A DNA stretch of 64,000 nucleotides from Anolis carolinensis. Its lineage: Eukaryota. The notes below the pieces were generated by a model. That model searched no databases. It was not told the DNA's origin and saw nothing but the letters and a program-made list of their open reading frames with translations. The stretch is taken from positions 74,766,024 through 74,830,023 of the forward strand of contig NC_085845.1 of NCBI RefSeq assembly GCF_035594765.1. Reading direction: 5' to 3'. This document shows, in pieces, positions 13,161-26,302 of this stretch; positions within the stretch are counted from its first letter, which is position 1; every line of letters begins with the position of its first letter. The translations under genes were made by a program, and so were the position numbers.

Positions 13161-14314
13161 TTACTTACTTACTTAGGCGATCCCTCGTAGTTCGAGGATG
13201 ATTCTGTTCCACCTTGGGGGTGTGTTCGTAGATGGCTGAAGAGACCTATTCTTGATCTGCATGTTCTCCCACAGTGAGGACATCGGTTTCCAGGCAGAAG
13301 GCGGTCCTGGTCAGGGTTGGCTTGACGGGCCTTCCTCTTGGCACGTTTCTCCCTTAAGCCCTCCATTTGTGCCTCTTTGAACTCCGCAGCACTGCTGGTC
13401 ACAGTTGACCTCCAATTAGAGCACTCAAGGGCCAGGGCTTCCCAGTTCTCATGTAATTACACGTGCCAGAGACCGCCGTGATGTGCTTCTCACAAGAGCC
13501 ATGACAGGTGCTGATGACTGCTGGACAGACCACAGGTTAATCCAATCCACTATGGCTATCAAGATTGTCCCCAAACGCAGACTCCAAGGAAGAAAAACAA
13601 GGCACAAAATGAACACCTGAGCCCTTCAGGAGCCCTCCAAACGAGCCCTTCTCCAAACAACCCTCAAAGATCATCTACCCACAGAACACCCTGAAAATGT
13701 TGAGGAACATTGGAATAAACTGAAGACCTCCATCATCACAGCCTGCGAAGAAACCATTGGATACAAAACTATGAAACATCAAGACTGGTTTGACGATAAC
13801 AACAAAGATATCCAACAGCTAATTGATAACAAAAGGAAAGCCTTCCAAATATGGCAGAGAGACAACAACTGTGCTGCCAAGAAAAAAATATCTATGTCAG
13901 TGCAAAAGCTGAGGTCCAAAGAAGGACCAGAGAACTCAAGAACATCTGGTGGACAAAGAAGGCAGAAGAAATCCAACACTTTGCAGATACCCATGATGCT
14001 CAGGGATTTTTCAAAGCCACAAAGATCATTTACGGACCAAGAAACCATGGCATATAGCCTCTACGCTCATCAGATGGAACCAAAATTCTAAAGGACAAAA
14101 CATCAATTGCACTACGTTGGAAAGAGCACTACCAGAACTTGCTGAATCGCAGCTCCAATGTGGCCGAAGAGACCCTCTCACAAATCCCGCAACAACAAAC
14201 CAAGGATGAACTTGCAGCACTGCCTAGTGTGGAAGAAGTTAGCAATGCCATCAGCCAACAAAAAAACAACAAAGCCAGCGGACCTGATGGGATTCCTGCT
14301 GAAATCTTCAAAAC
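13161..14314 (-). mobile_element. RTE LINE with 5' inversion (3' end on minus 13161-13451; EN-RT linker on plus 13452-14314)
   Basis: (TAAG)n tail; CPHCGRTCRSRIGLFSHLRTH zinc finger; KHQDWFD and KASGPDGIPAEIFK on the opposite strand; 11-bp TSD ggggaaaggcc. Confidence 0.9.
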
Positions 14315-14827
14315 GGGGAAAGGCCCAAAACTATGGGTAGCTCCATCAAAGCTACCTAAAACTTTACCATGATTGGCGAGGAAGCTTCTTGTGACGCTTC
14401 CTCACCACTTCAGCCATCAGTGGGGTGGGACCTCGGCCTGCGTCATGTGATGACATTCAGCAGGATCTATGGCCGAAGAGGAGTAAGGGGATAATTTACC
14501 CCTGTGTAATGAGGTAGTAAATGTTACTCCTGCCCCTTGTGAAGAAGGATCAATCATATTCCCCCAATGGGTTATCCATTTTCTACTATGTTTTACCAAC
14601 ATAATGAAAGAAGAATATACAATTCCATGGCATCCTTAAGCTGCCCCACCAGATCCAGCAGGAATTTGTGGAGCTTACTGAGAATCCTGCTGTGGCTTTA
14701 CACTATTTATTTATTTATTTACAGCATTTTTACCCCGCCTTTCTCACTCGAGGGGATTCAAGGCTGCTAGAATACATCCATATACTTCAAGTAGCCACAC
14801 TTTTTCTGCTCTATGTTTTTATTCCAA

Positions 14828-15008
14828 GCACACACTGAGTTGTTTTTAACTTATGACAACCCTAAATCAAACCCATTGCAGGGTTTTCTGGGGCTGGGAG
14901 TGTGTCACCTTGCCCAGGTCACCCAGTGGTTTTCATGGCTGACCAGGGGATTTGGACCCTGGTCTCCAGAGTAATAGTCCAATACTCAAACTACTATGCT
15001 AGTGGTCT
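14828..15008 (-). mobile_element. MIR/CORE-like SINE
   Basis: ttgcccaggtcacccagtgg core; gggatttggaccctgg B-box. Confidence 0.6.
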
Positions 15009-15058
15009 CACCATGCATATTTTACATGAGTGTGGACACTACTGAACATTTATGCACA

Positions 15059-15567
15059 ATTTATTTATCGTGTCAGAAGCAAATTGAGAATACAGTTTTT
15101 GTTGTTTATTCGTTGAATCGCTTCCGACTCTTTGTGACTGATTCTTTGTTGCAATGTATAAAAAAACCACAAACTTAAAAACTTAGCATTATGTTTAAGT
15201 TCCCTTGACCAGAAGCTGGCCATTTCAAGTGCCTCTGGTGTCACTGTAAGAAGGTCCACCATTGTGCATGTGGCTCTTCTCCACACTCACGTGTTGCCTA
15301 TTTTTTAAAATTGGCTCTGTATCTCATGGTACCAGAGTGCAGTCTGTTCACTGCCTTCCAAGTCACCCGGTCTTCTGTGTGCCCTAAAGAGAGTTTTTAA
15401 TCCAGTCTCAACCACTGATTCAGTTCCGGGTTTTAACCTGCCACTTTTGGACTCTTGCTTGCTGAGATGTTCCTGCAAGTATCTCTGTAGATCTTAGGAA
15501 GCGGTTTCCTGATTTAAGTGTTGGCATGCTGGCTAATATCCAAACAGAGGATGGGCCAGAGATGTCA
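15059..15567 (-). mobile_element. Vingi/Ingi-like LINE 3' fragment
   Basis: ctgacacgataaataaa tail; same family as 16279 and 23637. Confidence 0.75.
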
Positions 15568-16278
15568 ATATCTTGGTCCTTTCATATGCACAATAAATGG
15601 CTCTAAGTATTTAAATGACAACCCCAATGTCTTTATTTATCCATTAATTGTATTTTAAATTGCCTGACTGTGATGCCTGCTCTCCTCTGCCAGTAGGGTC
15701 AACCCAACACCAGCTCATTCTTTTTCTATACCTACAGACACAGCAAGGCTCTGCATTGCTTAGCTTAATTGCTGTCCCTTGATCACTGACCAATGAACAG
15801 GAAGGGTGGTGTTGACATCAGTTTGTGTGCAGAAGGCCAGTTAGGTGTAGAAACCTCTATAGCTATTCAAGTGCACATATGCTCCTCAAAATGAATTTCA
15901 TATGATTGGAAGAATAGTTACCGGTAAGAATACATTAAAAGCCCTGTAGTGATTCAAGTCAGTAATTAGGTTTCGTGGTATAAGGGTGGGAAGGGAGTGT
16001 TAGGTACAGGAAGCGGTCAATTTGGTTTCATGCAGGATAGTTCCAAGTTTGTAGTTAAAACAGAACTTGGACTGGGAAGGAGAAGATGGATGGAAAAGCA
16101 AGTAATTAATTTGCAGTCACCCCAGAAGGCTAAAGATATAAATCAAAAAGGAGAATTACTGTATTAGGAACAAAGGAAAACTAAGAAGTTATTCTAGAAG
16201 AGGTGGTACATAGGGAAACTGTCCAAAGTGTTTTGAGCACTCCCATTTCAACTTGAATATGTTTAGAGGAAGGCAGGC

Positions 16279-18235
16279 TATTTATTTATTTAATTATTTA
16301 TCTTGTCAGAAGTGAACTGAGGGTGCAGTTATAATGTATTTAAAAATACAAACAAGTTAAAAACTTGGCCCTGGAATTCAACAAAAAGCTCCTGTTTTGT
16401 AACAGATTTCCTATGAAGCGAGTGAGCTGGTAGTCCTTTGTGATATTATACGGGTTTTTTTCAGGAGAAGGCAATGATTTGCAGTGTCATAAGCTGCTGA
16501 CAGGTCTATGATGACAGCTCCTGTGATCTGCTACCTTTCAAAACAATCTTCTATGTGCTGAGTCAGGTTCAACACTAATGGTGTGCAGCATTTGCCTTTC
16601 CTGAAGCCAGTTTGCCGTCTAATTGTACATGGGTCTATTTTTCCACAATTCTATGCAAAGTAAGTCTCTCCAGAACTTTGTAAATATGGTACAGCTTTTT
16701 GGGTCATTACGGTCTTTGCCTGGTTTCAGGATGGCTATGACTCTTGCTTTTCTCCAGACTTTGGGGATCTGACAGGATGCGATGCAATTGTTCATCAGCT
16801 TCAGCAGCCAGCACCTTGCTTTTGGGCCAAAGTTCTTAATTTGCTTCATCTGTAAATCGTCCAGGTCAGCTACTTTGCCATTTTCACATTTATTGAGAGC
16901 CATGTCCAATTCAGTAGATGTAAAAAGTTCATGAAGTTTGTTGTTCTTATAATCTGGTTGTCTGACTATTGGTTTCCTTCCTACTTTGGTAGCAAAGTTG
17001 GGTTTCCTATTCTTCAGAAGTCGATGCGCTATCTGATCTGCCTTTATGTTGGCATGGGTATTAGTTTGTAAGGGATCATTGCTCAACCATCTTAACAGCC
17101 TCCACACCTTCTGACTGCTCCTGCCCATGTTGACTTCTCTTATCAGCTTCATCCACTGTTCTTTCTTGGCTTTAGAGACGGAGGACAAAATGCTCTGCGC
17201 TACCTGAAGAGTTAGCTCACTAACTTGGTCTTCATTATGGAGCCCATAATAGTCTTCCAATAAGGCATATATATCAGGAATAATGTCCTGAAGGTAGTGT
17301 GTTTTGCATCCTCTTGGTATAGAAGCCCGTGAGCAGGTTTTTACTAGTATTCCTTAGGGATTGGGGTGACCAATATGATCTTATTATCTAACATGTCTGA
17401 GAATTTAGGTCAATCTGCCTTTCTGAAATTGAATCTTTGTTTAAATCCAACTTCCTGGGGTCTTATAGTTGGGAACAATTTGCATACTATTGGCCAATGC
17501 TGTGTGTTTGGTATTGGTGGTGCCACTGACCTAGTGCATTGCTGCGCAATGCTGTCACTCACAAATAGGAGGTCAGGGTTATATCCTCGGTGCCATCTCT
17601 CACTGTTGTAGGATGGTGGGAGCTTACTATCATGAATAAGCAATAGTTTATACAGTTCAGCCCAGGAAAGGACAGCCTTTCCATTTTTATCCTCCTGAGC
17701 CTAGTCCTATATGTGGCTACTACTCTTGAAGTCACAAATTACCTTTTGTTGCCTAACTCAGGAGAGGAGAAACAAAGCTCTTCATTTGGGGGCTTGTATA
17801 TAGAGGTAATCGTGATGTTATTAAGCTCTACTGTTATAACCTCTATATTGTTTTCTTCAGTCTTATGGGCACTGCTGACTTGGAGGCCTGGTTTTACAAA
17901 GACAGCGCTTCCATACTGCACATGTGGTCTTTCTACTACTAGGATCATTCCTGGTCATTTCTGTTGTTTATCTCTGTGTGTTTTTTGGAGACACAGCTAG
18001 TCACATTTCTTATCTCAGCACAGTTCATAAAGCAGCTGTTCTTTGGTAGCTGACATGCCTGCGATATCGATTGAAATTATTGTCATTGTTAATCCTGAGG
18101 AGGTCTGATGTTTGTTTGTTTGTTTGCATGCTGCAAGTCACTTCTGGTTGTGAGAGAATCAACCATCTACAAAGACGTTGCCCAGGGGATGCCTGGATGT
18201 GTTACAATCCTGTTACGAGGCTTTTCTCATGTCCC
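16279..18235 (-). mobile_element. Vingi/Ingi-like LINE, internally deleted and degenerate (APE endonuclease plus N-terminal RT)
   Basis: ORF remnants ITSIYKPPN, RWHRGYNPDLLFVS, IPKVWRKARVIAILKPGK; jumps to the 3' tail near 16369. Confidence 0.85.
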
Positions 18236-18561
18236 TTGGTAGGCTATAAATGTATATGGAGTCAGCCTTCCAAATGCACATAGTGGTAGAGATCCTCCAT
18301 GAAGGTGAAAAATGGCCAACAAAGAAAATGTAGGGTTTTTTTTTTACATAAGAGAACAGTTTTTTAGAAATCTCTGGGCAGCTGACCATAGAATCACATT
18401 GGTATTTATAGAAATCTCTAGGACCTCCAGCATGACTGAAGAACGTTGACCATAGAATTGCACTGGAAGACCTTGAGATTCCTAAAGAGAATGTTCTGAA
18501 GCAAATCCATGAATAAAAGTCAAACACGAAAATGTGGAGGGACAACTACACAAACAATCAT

Positions 18562-18755
18562 CTAAATGCATCAGATCCCATCTGATTTTTGAAACTAAGC
18601 AGGTTCAGACCTTGTTAATACCTGATGGGGGATAGTCAATGAAGGCAATGCTTCAGAGGGAAGCAACTGGCAAAACCACCTCTGAGTATTCCTTGCTTAA
18701 GAAAACCATATAAAGTTAATAGGGTTACCAGGTCTACAAGTGACTTGAAGACACA
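18562..18755 (+). mobile_element. 5S rRNA-headed SINE (SINE3-like)
   Basis: gatcccatctgat...gaaactaagcagg...ttaatacctgatggg resembles 5S rRNA; tail gacttgaagacaca shared with the MIR-like SINEs. Confidence 0.55.
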
Positions 18756-19816
18756 TAAATACAAACAATACATGTATTGAGAAAAACAACAGTTCATTTC
18801 CACTCCGATCTTCCTTTCTCTTCTTATAGCTGTTTTATCATGCCAATAAAACTGGTATAATTTCATTAAAAAGTCTCATCAGCCTATAACCCACAAACTG
18901 TGTAAACCACCTATACATACTTTTGGGTAAATAAGCCTCTAACTGTCAGAATTTAACAAGACTCCCCCCCCCCTCCCCTTGGCTACATAAATAAATGCAG
19001 GATTGTAGTCTGACCTTTGAGCTGGTATAGACATAACTGCAGTCAGATAGCCCCAAGAAGTAAATGCTCACATGACGGTAAAATCTGCGTAAGCAGTGAG
19101 AACTCTGAAATGGAAACTCACAGATTACAAGGGCTTTTCTATGATTAGAAGAAGCTCAATTTTAAAACTGTGCAAATTCCTGCATCAGGGATTAGAGCAT
19201 TAGAATACAAAGGTAATTTTTTAAAGAGACATCGTGTTTCTACTATGCCTTTCTTCTTGGCAAAATAATAAGAGCTACCTTAAAAAGTTTGCGGTGAAAC
19301 TTCCTACTTTAATATATGTGAAGAACCTTGGAGATTTTCAAGTGCGATATAAAGTCTTGTATTGTGCATTTCAATCCAATCACATTGTATTTTTAATGAA
19401 GCTCTGAAGATGTAATGAAGTTATATTTTTTTAAAATATCAGTGCAGGATAGCAAAGGCCTGTTATTGGTGTAATGAGTATTGAGATATGTTTTACAGTT
19501 ACTTTCTGCTTTTTGGAATATTTTAGATTTTGGGTTTCCAAATAAGAGATCCTGTACTCCAAGCTACATTTCAGAAGTCATCGCTATTTGCAAAACATTC
19601 AGTGCTCTTTACTAGCTACAGTGATTATATTTTCCTTTGTCTTCGCTTTCTCTATTACATATGCAGCCAACTGTGACAAGTTTGAGTTTTGGACAGGCTA
19701 GTTTTCTCCTCCAAGCATTCTCAATTTAAATTGTAGTAAAGAACTAGTTACTAGTTTTGGAAAATGGCACTACTGTCTCAAGATCCTGGAGATGTGACAA
19801 TGTGATCTGATTCTTA

Positions 19817-19951
19817 GGGGTCCTTCCACATAGCCATATAACTTAGAATATCAAAGCAGATAATCCACAATATCTGTTTTGAACTGGATTATCTGAGTCC
19901 ACATTGCCATATTATCCAATATTGATTTAATATGGCTGTGTGGAAGGGGCC
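19817..19951. mobile_element. Palindromic MITE (PIF/Harbinger-like)
   Basis: TIRs ggtccttccaca...tgtggaaggggcc flanked by tta/taa. Confidence 0.65.
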
Positions 19952-22900
19952 TAAGATAGACCTCTTGAGAGTTTAATTATAATACTTGAGTAAGGTACAG
20001 AGGAGCTGCTTGAAGTTAAGGATGTGTTTGAAGGGGATCTTGGAAAAGTTCCTTTTTAAAACAACTGTATTCAAGTTACTGATTAAGGTGATAGAGAGGT
20101 AGGCATTGCGATCATTTGTCATAATGTTGCGCAACTAAATTGTTCATTCCTTTTCTATTACTTTCTGCTATTTTAAAAGAAGAAAACCCTTAGGATTTCT
20201 AAGAGAATGACATAATATGAGTACTCCTGTCAAAATGTCTGTCAACTTACCCTTTAAACACAGGAATCATTCTTGAAAGCAGGAATAATTGTTCCTTGCA
20301 TCAATACATTCATGATGTTATCTTTGCAGTCATGCACCTTTGCTCATTGCTGCTCCTTTTGTATAAGCAACCTGCGGGCATCCGGTTTTAAAATTTTGTG
20401 AATGGGCTTGTCCAGATTGCTGCTTATATACTGTCTGAAAACCTTGAGTTGTGAATAAGCCAGGGGAACTCAGAACCTTGACTGAGAGAAAATACTAGGC
20501 CGGGATTGGCACATAATTGCTCTGAGGAGTCTTACACACTGAACAAATGTTTACTTCCCTTGCATTTTTTGGTGGGACAGGGGTTCAAAAACTCACCTTT
20601 CTGGTTGGGGGTAGGACAGATATCCACTAGGCTTGTGCAATCTGGGTAAACCAAGATCTGTTTCGTGTCCCGGATTTTGGTGGGGGTCCCGATCTGTTTT
20701 TTTGGGAACCTCCCAAATTCGAAAGGGCAGATATCTGCTTTCTTTCCCAGTCCTGCACCATGCCAGCCACACACTCTTTCCAAGGCATTTTAAGGAGGCT
20801 TCCCACTTCCAGGTGAGGAAGAGTGATGACCTCCTTCTGGAGCTATCCTTCCTGGGCTTCTTTTTTCCTGACACACTTCAATCTCCTTTCTGCTTTAGGT
20901 TTAATGCTTCCTTACAGTTGTTTCTATTTTCTACTCTAGAGGAGAGGTAACTGTTAATAGTTTTTGGGGAATGAGGGTTTTCTTTTTGTTTGCTGGGGGA
21001 TTAATAAAAAAAGATTGAATGGTGATGCTGAATGCGGGGGGGGGGGGAGGAGATGAGATCGGCTGCCAGGTGGTCCTGGTACAGAGGGGTTTCTGTAATG
21101 GCTGGGCCCATGCCATTTCGTGCACCTGAAGAAACTGAAGGAGCCAGATTGGCCGAAGGAAATGGCTAAAAATGGGTCCACGTACAACTCTAATATCCAT
21201 CATACTGTTTTGAGATTAGCATGGCTGGGCTGGGGCATTGGCACCCTCCTTTCCGCTTAGCACTTAAAATAGCAAAAAAAACCCTCCTTACCTTGCTAAG
21301 CTCTCTGTCACTGGGAAATGATGCTATGGAGCTTTGCGGTCTGTGTATGTGGGGGTGGGTGGGTGGGAACCATTTTGTCACTTTAAAAAAAACTTGGATG
21401 ATCAGACTGGAGCATAATTTGGAATCCCCAGGCTAATCCATTTCCTATGGCACGTTATGTGGTAGTTTAGATGAGACTTGAGCTCACGTGTAGCCCCAAC
21501 ACAGTTTTTTTTTTTAACTCCTAACCTTTCCACTCCCTGGATTGCCTTTTTCTAGCTGAAAAAAAGAAGTTAAATTTTCTGTTTTGAGTATTCCTAGGAA
21601 CAATAATTCACTTTGTAAATAACATGTAGCGGCCATCAGAACATCAGAAAATTTCCATTTCTCAATCAGAAATGGACTGGTTTCTGTATTTGTTAGCATT
21701 CTTGTCTGTCTGCACAGCCACACACCCTTGCCCTAGGGTTACCGTGGCTCCTGATAGACTGACCTCATTCCTTGTGCTAGTGGTTGTAGAGGAATCTTTT
21801 TAACAGTTCAAATCATTACATGGTTTTAATTTGAATACAGTTGGCCCTCCATAATTTTGGGTTTCACATAACTTTGATTGGTTTTGATTATTCACAAGCT
21901 TGTTCCACCTCCCCAGCCTCCTGAAGTTGTCACCTCGTCTCCGGAAAGTGGGAGAGGCAAGGAATCACTGCCTTTGTTGTGCTTGGCTCATGAAGGTGGT
22001 GAAGGGTGGCTATTTAGGAAGTATGACACAGGTGGTGATGGCATCCCCCTACCTCCTCAGGATGGGCTACTGTGTGAATGTTCACAAAGTAGGGCTAACT
22101 GTGAGAGCCAGGTGTGCTGCATGTGCCCGTTTCTTCCATTGTCTCCCTTCCTTTGTCTAGACAAAGCAGACGGGCATGGCACAAAGGAAAAGGGAAAGGT
22201 AATTGAAGTGGAAAGCCGACAGCACCTTATTTCCATCCATAGGTATCAGATCATTGCAGGTCATAAGGAAATAATTCCATGGGAGAGCAGAACTTGGGAA
22301 AGTTTCTGCAAGCTGTAGTCAAACAGTTTCCAGAACCTTTCCCAAGCTCTGCTCTCCATAGTAAGTGACCATGCTGGTTGGGGGATGTTTCAAGAGTTGG
22401 AGTCCAAAAATGACTTTTCTAAACTCTGGAAATGCTTTGCAATGCACACAGAAGGTCTGAGGCTGAAATCCTTGCATCTCCAAAGGGTAAGAAAGACCTC
22501 TGTTTCAGAGCCTAGAAATGTCTGTCTCTCAATGTAGACAGATAATAACAAGTTAGATAGATTGAAGAACTGATTAAACACAAGGCAACTTTCTTCAATT
22601 TGCAATTTCAACCATGCTACTCAATATGCCCTGAAGACACTGCTGAAAAGCATTTTGAGTCATAAGACTATGTGGTTTTAAATGCATACATGTGAATATA
22701 ACATCAGCTATGGCAAGTGCATGACCACTTTCGCGTATATTAGGTTTAACCTAATTCTTATACTTGACTGGAATTGATTAAATGGATCTACTGTAGATAG
22801 GACTAACAAATTGATTTGTCCTGCTGTATTTTAAATGGATCTACCACATTGTCCACATTCTCCTGTTGACTATTTGAACATGAGAACTCGCCATCATTTC

Positions 22901-23636
22901 CACCACGCACTGTGAAATATTAGCTTTGCATGGTTGTTCCCACAGAATTTATTTCCATCATTGTTTTTCATATACTCAGAACTGGGCTATTCAACTCCCC
23001 TCTTTTGATGTGGCCATGCATGATAGATTTGCTTATGGTGGTTGTTTCACTTATGTGACCGCTTGGATCGTATTTCACAGCAGAATAAGAATAGTCCAAG
23101 TAGATCAACCCACCAGTCTGTCTCAGTTCAGTGTTTGATTGGCAACACACAGATTCATGGATCCAATACAGCATCCTAACTTAGCAAGTTATCAAAGGCA
23201 CATCAATTTTCTTCTCTTTCCTATCCACTTTTGTGTGTGCAGTGGCTCATAGAATTGGGCCACCAGTTAATGGAATTAATTGATTGAACAAGAATGGTGG
23301 GTAGTGCAGGAGGGCTGCATTATTACAAAGAAAAGCAATTAGAACGGTAGCTTTAGATGGGCCACATACAAAAAATAATCACCCAGATAATTATTTTCCA
23401 TTCACCTGTTAAAATTGGCTTCACTGCCTAATAAAATCAGAGAACAAATATTAAAGAAAGGGGGGAAAAGAATACCAATACACACACAGAGGGAAAAATA
23501 TTGATTCAAAGGCAAGTGTTGTATAGAAAAGAAAAAGAATGTGATGGAGCCAATGAATTGTGAACTTTGTGGAGATTGTATACAATTGGGCAGCAAGGAT
23601 TTTTATTGTGAGGCTTGCTTTCCTATATTTATATTA

Positions 23637-24060
23637 TATTTATCGTATCAGAAGTGAAACCAAGGGTGCAGTTGTAACGTATTTAAAACACAATTTTTTT
23701 TAAAAAAAACTTGGCATTATACTAAATGTCCTTTGACCAGCAGCTGGCCACTTGGAGTGTTGCTATAAGAAGGTCCTCCATTGTGCATGTGGCAGGGCTT
23801 GACTCCACACTCACATTTCATGGATTCCAATTTGTAGCCCCATTTCTTAAGATTGGCTCTGCATTTTGTGGTGCCAGAGGTGCAGTCTGTTCAGCGCCTT
23901 CCAAGTCGCCCAGTTTTCTGTGTGCCCAGGAGGGAGTTTCTCATCCAGTCTCAACTATTGATTGAGGTTCCGGGTTCTAATCTGCCACTTCTGGACTCTC
24001 ACTGGCTGAGGTGTTCCTGCGAGTATCTCTATAGATCTTAGAAAACTGTTTCTTGATTTA
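23637..24060 (-). mobile_element. Vingi/Ingi-like LINE 3' fragment
   Basis: Colinear with 15059-15512. Confidence 0.75.
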
Positions 24061-24838
24061 TCCTAAGAGATGGCAATAAAGATTCCTATATACATGACCA
24101 AACACAGTCAACCCCCGACATTCATTACAATTAGGGGTACAGGGCCCCATAAAAGTGGGAAAAACTCCTAGTTTTACACACAAACACAACTTTTTTAAAA
24201 CTGAGAGAACACCTTTCCCCTCTGTATTCTAAAACACCTTATCTGTAACTGTATGACAGAGAATAAACTTACGTTGTATCCTGGGCTGGCCTAATCTTTA
24301 GGATCCTTCTTTACTGCTTTGGCAGAGTACTATGGTCACTTCTCTCAATTCGAGAGCAAACCCAAGTGGGGAAAATGACCCGTTTCTTTCAGGTATGTGT
24401 TGCACTAGTAGTAAATTACATTCAGCATATGGAAAAGGGAAGGGTGACATCTTCCCATCACTTCCAACAAGAAAATGCTTTGGAACACCTCTGCCCTTGT
24501 GGCACAAAACTATCCAAATTTAGTAGTAAATGCCCTACCTTTTCTTTATTTGCTCCTCTTGCCAGTATTTTGTTCTTCTCCTTTGCAGTACTCTGTATCT
24601 CTAGATATGGAGAATTTGGAGGATAACCTGCGATTGGAGAATGAAGTGCCATTAGGCATAGAGAATACAATTGCCTGAGGCAGGAGAAGGAATAATGAAT
24701 TAACTAGTATGTAGATACAGGTTGAGTATTTCTTATCCAAAATGCTTGGGACCAGAAGTGTTTTGGATTTTTGGATTTGAGGGCGGGGGTACATTTGCAC
24801 ATCATGAGATTCTTTTGCGGATAGGACCCAGGTTTCAT

Positions 24839-25550
24839 TTATTTTATTTATCCTATTTATAGCCCACCTTTCTCTACCTAGAAGGGGACTCAAGGCGGCT
24901 TACATCTGGCAGTTATTCAATGTCTGAGAAACACATACAAAACATTAAACTTAAAAATAAACTAAATTAAAATTAATACATGTTAAACATTTTAAAACAT
25001 TACATTCAATATTAAAATCACATCATCCAAAAATCGTAGTCCAAGGCCATTCCATCGTCATTGTACATATTCCAAGTCCATTATTGCACTGTGCTATTCT
25101 TCGAAAGCCTGATCCCAGAGGCAGGTTTTTTAAAACTTTCTTTCTGAAGGCTAGGAGGAGGGGGTTGATTTAATTTCACTAGGGAGGGAGTTCCACAGCC
25201 AAGGGGCCACCACTGAGAAGACTCTGTCTCTCGTCTCCACCAATTGTGCTTGCGAACCAGGCGGGACCAAGAGCAGGGCCTCTTAATCTCCAAAGTGGCT
25301 CATAGGGGAAGATACATTTGGACAGGTAAGCTGGGCAAGAACTGTTTGGGGCTTTATAGGCTAAAGCCAGCACTTTGAATTGGCTCGCTAGCAGACTGGC
25401 AGCCAATGAAGGTGGTGTAACAAGGGAGTTGCGTACTCCCTGTACACCGCTCCGGTGAGCAACCTGGCTGCTGCCCGTTGGGCCAATGGAAGCTTCTGAA
25501 CAGTCTTCAAAGGCAATCTCACGTAGAAGTTGTTGCAGTAGTCTATACAG
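24839..25550 (-). mobile_element. L2 LINE 3' fragment
   Basis: DYCN..LPLKTVQKL..AQRAAARLLTG..TPLLHHLHWLPV and L2 tail. Confidence 0.88.
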
Positions 25551-25938
25551 TCCGTCCTCCAGGAAATAATGCCCGGCTGCTCACTGGAGGGAAAGATATT
25601 AGAGGCAAAGACACAATTTGACAATTTGTTGTCGGACTGATCTATCTGCCCATTTTATAATAGCCCCGTTCTTGAGGTGTTGCCAATGTTATATTGCACT
25701 TTTGTCCATTTCAACTGTGAAATTACCTTCCCCATTTCAGCACATTCTGCACTTTGCCTGGGTTCTATGAATTAGTCTCCTGTTTTAATATTGTATGTTC
25801 ATGTCGATTTTAATGATTGTTTTTACTGATATTGATGTTTTTATTGGATAATTGTTTTATTGCTGTGTTTTGATATTTGATTGTTTTATCGGGCAAGGCC
25901 CCATGTAAGCCGCCCCAAGTCCCTTCGGGGAGATGGGG

Positions 25939-26069
25939 NNNNNNNNNNNNNNNNNNNNNNNNNNNNNNNNNNNNNNNNNNNNNNNNNNNNNNNNNNNNNN
26001 NNNNNNNNNNNNNNNNNNNNNNNNNNNNNNNNNNNNNNNNNNNNNNNNNNNNNNNNNNNNNNNNNNNNN
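25939..26069. other. Assembly gap (131 N)
   Basis: N run. Confidence 1.
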
Positions 26070-26302
26070 CCTCATCATGAGAAGACAGGAAAGCTTGAAA
26101 AAGATCATGATGCTGAGGAAAATGGAAGGAAAATGGAAGAGAGGTCGACCAAGGGTGAGATGGATGGATGGTCTCCTTGAAGTGACCGGCTTGACTTTGA
26201 AGGAACTGGAGGTGGAGGGAGGTGACAGCTGACAGGAAGCTCTGGCATGGACTGGTCCATGAGGTCATGAAGAGTTGGAAATGACTGCATGAATGAAGAA
26301 GA
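26070..26302 (+). mobile_element. RTE/BovB-like LINE 3' end (upstream piece at 25551-25612)
   Basis: LKKIMML.KMEGK.KRGRPRVRWMD and ggtccatgaggtcatgaagagttgg tail. Confidence 0.85.

Noticed and set aside
20605-21435. GC-richer block with overlapping ORFs, possibly Helitron-like
   Set aside because: Termini and family could not be established by eye.
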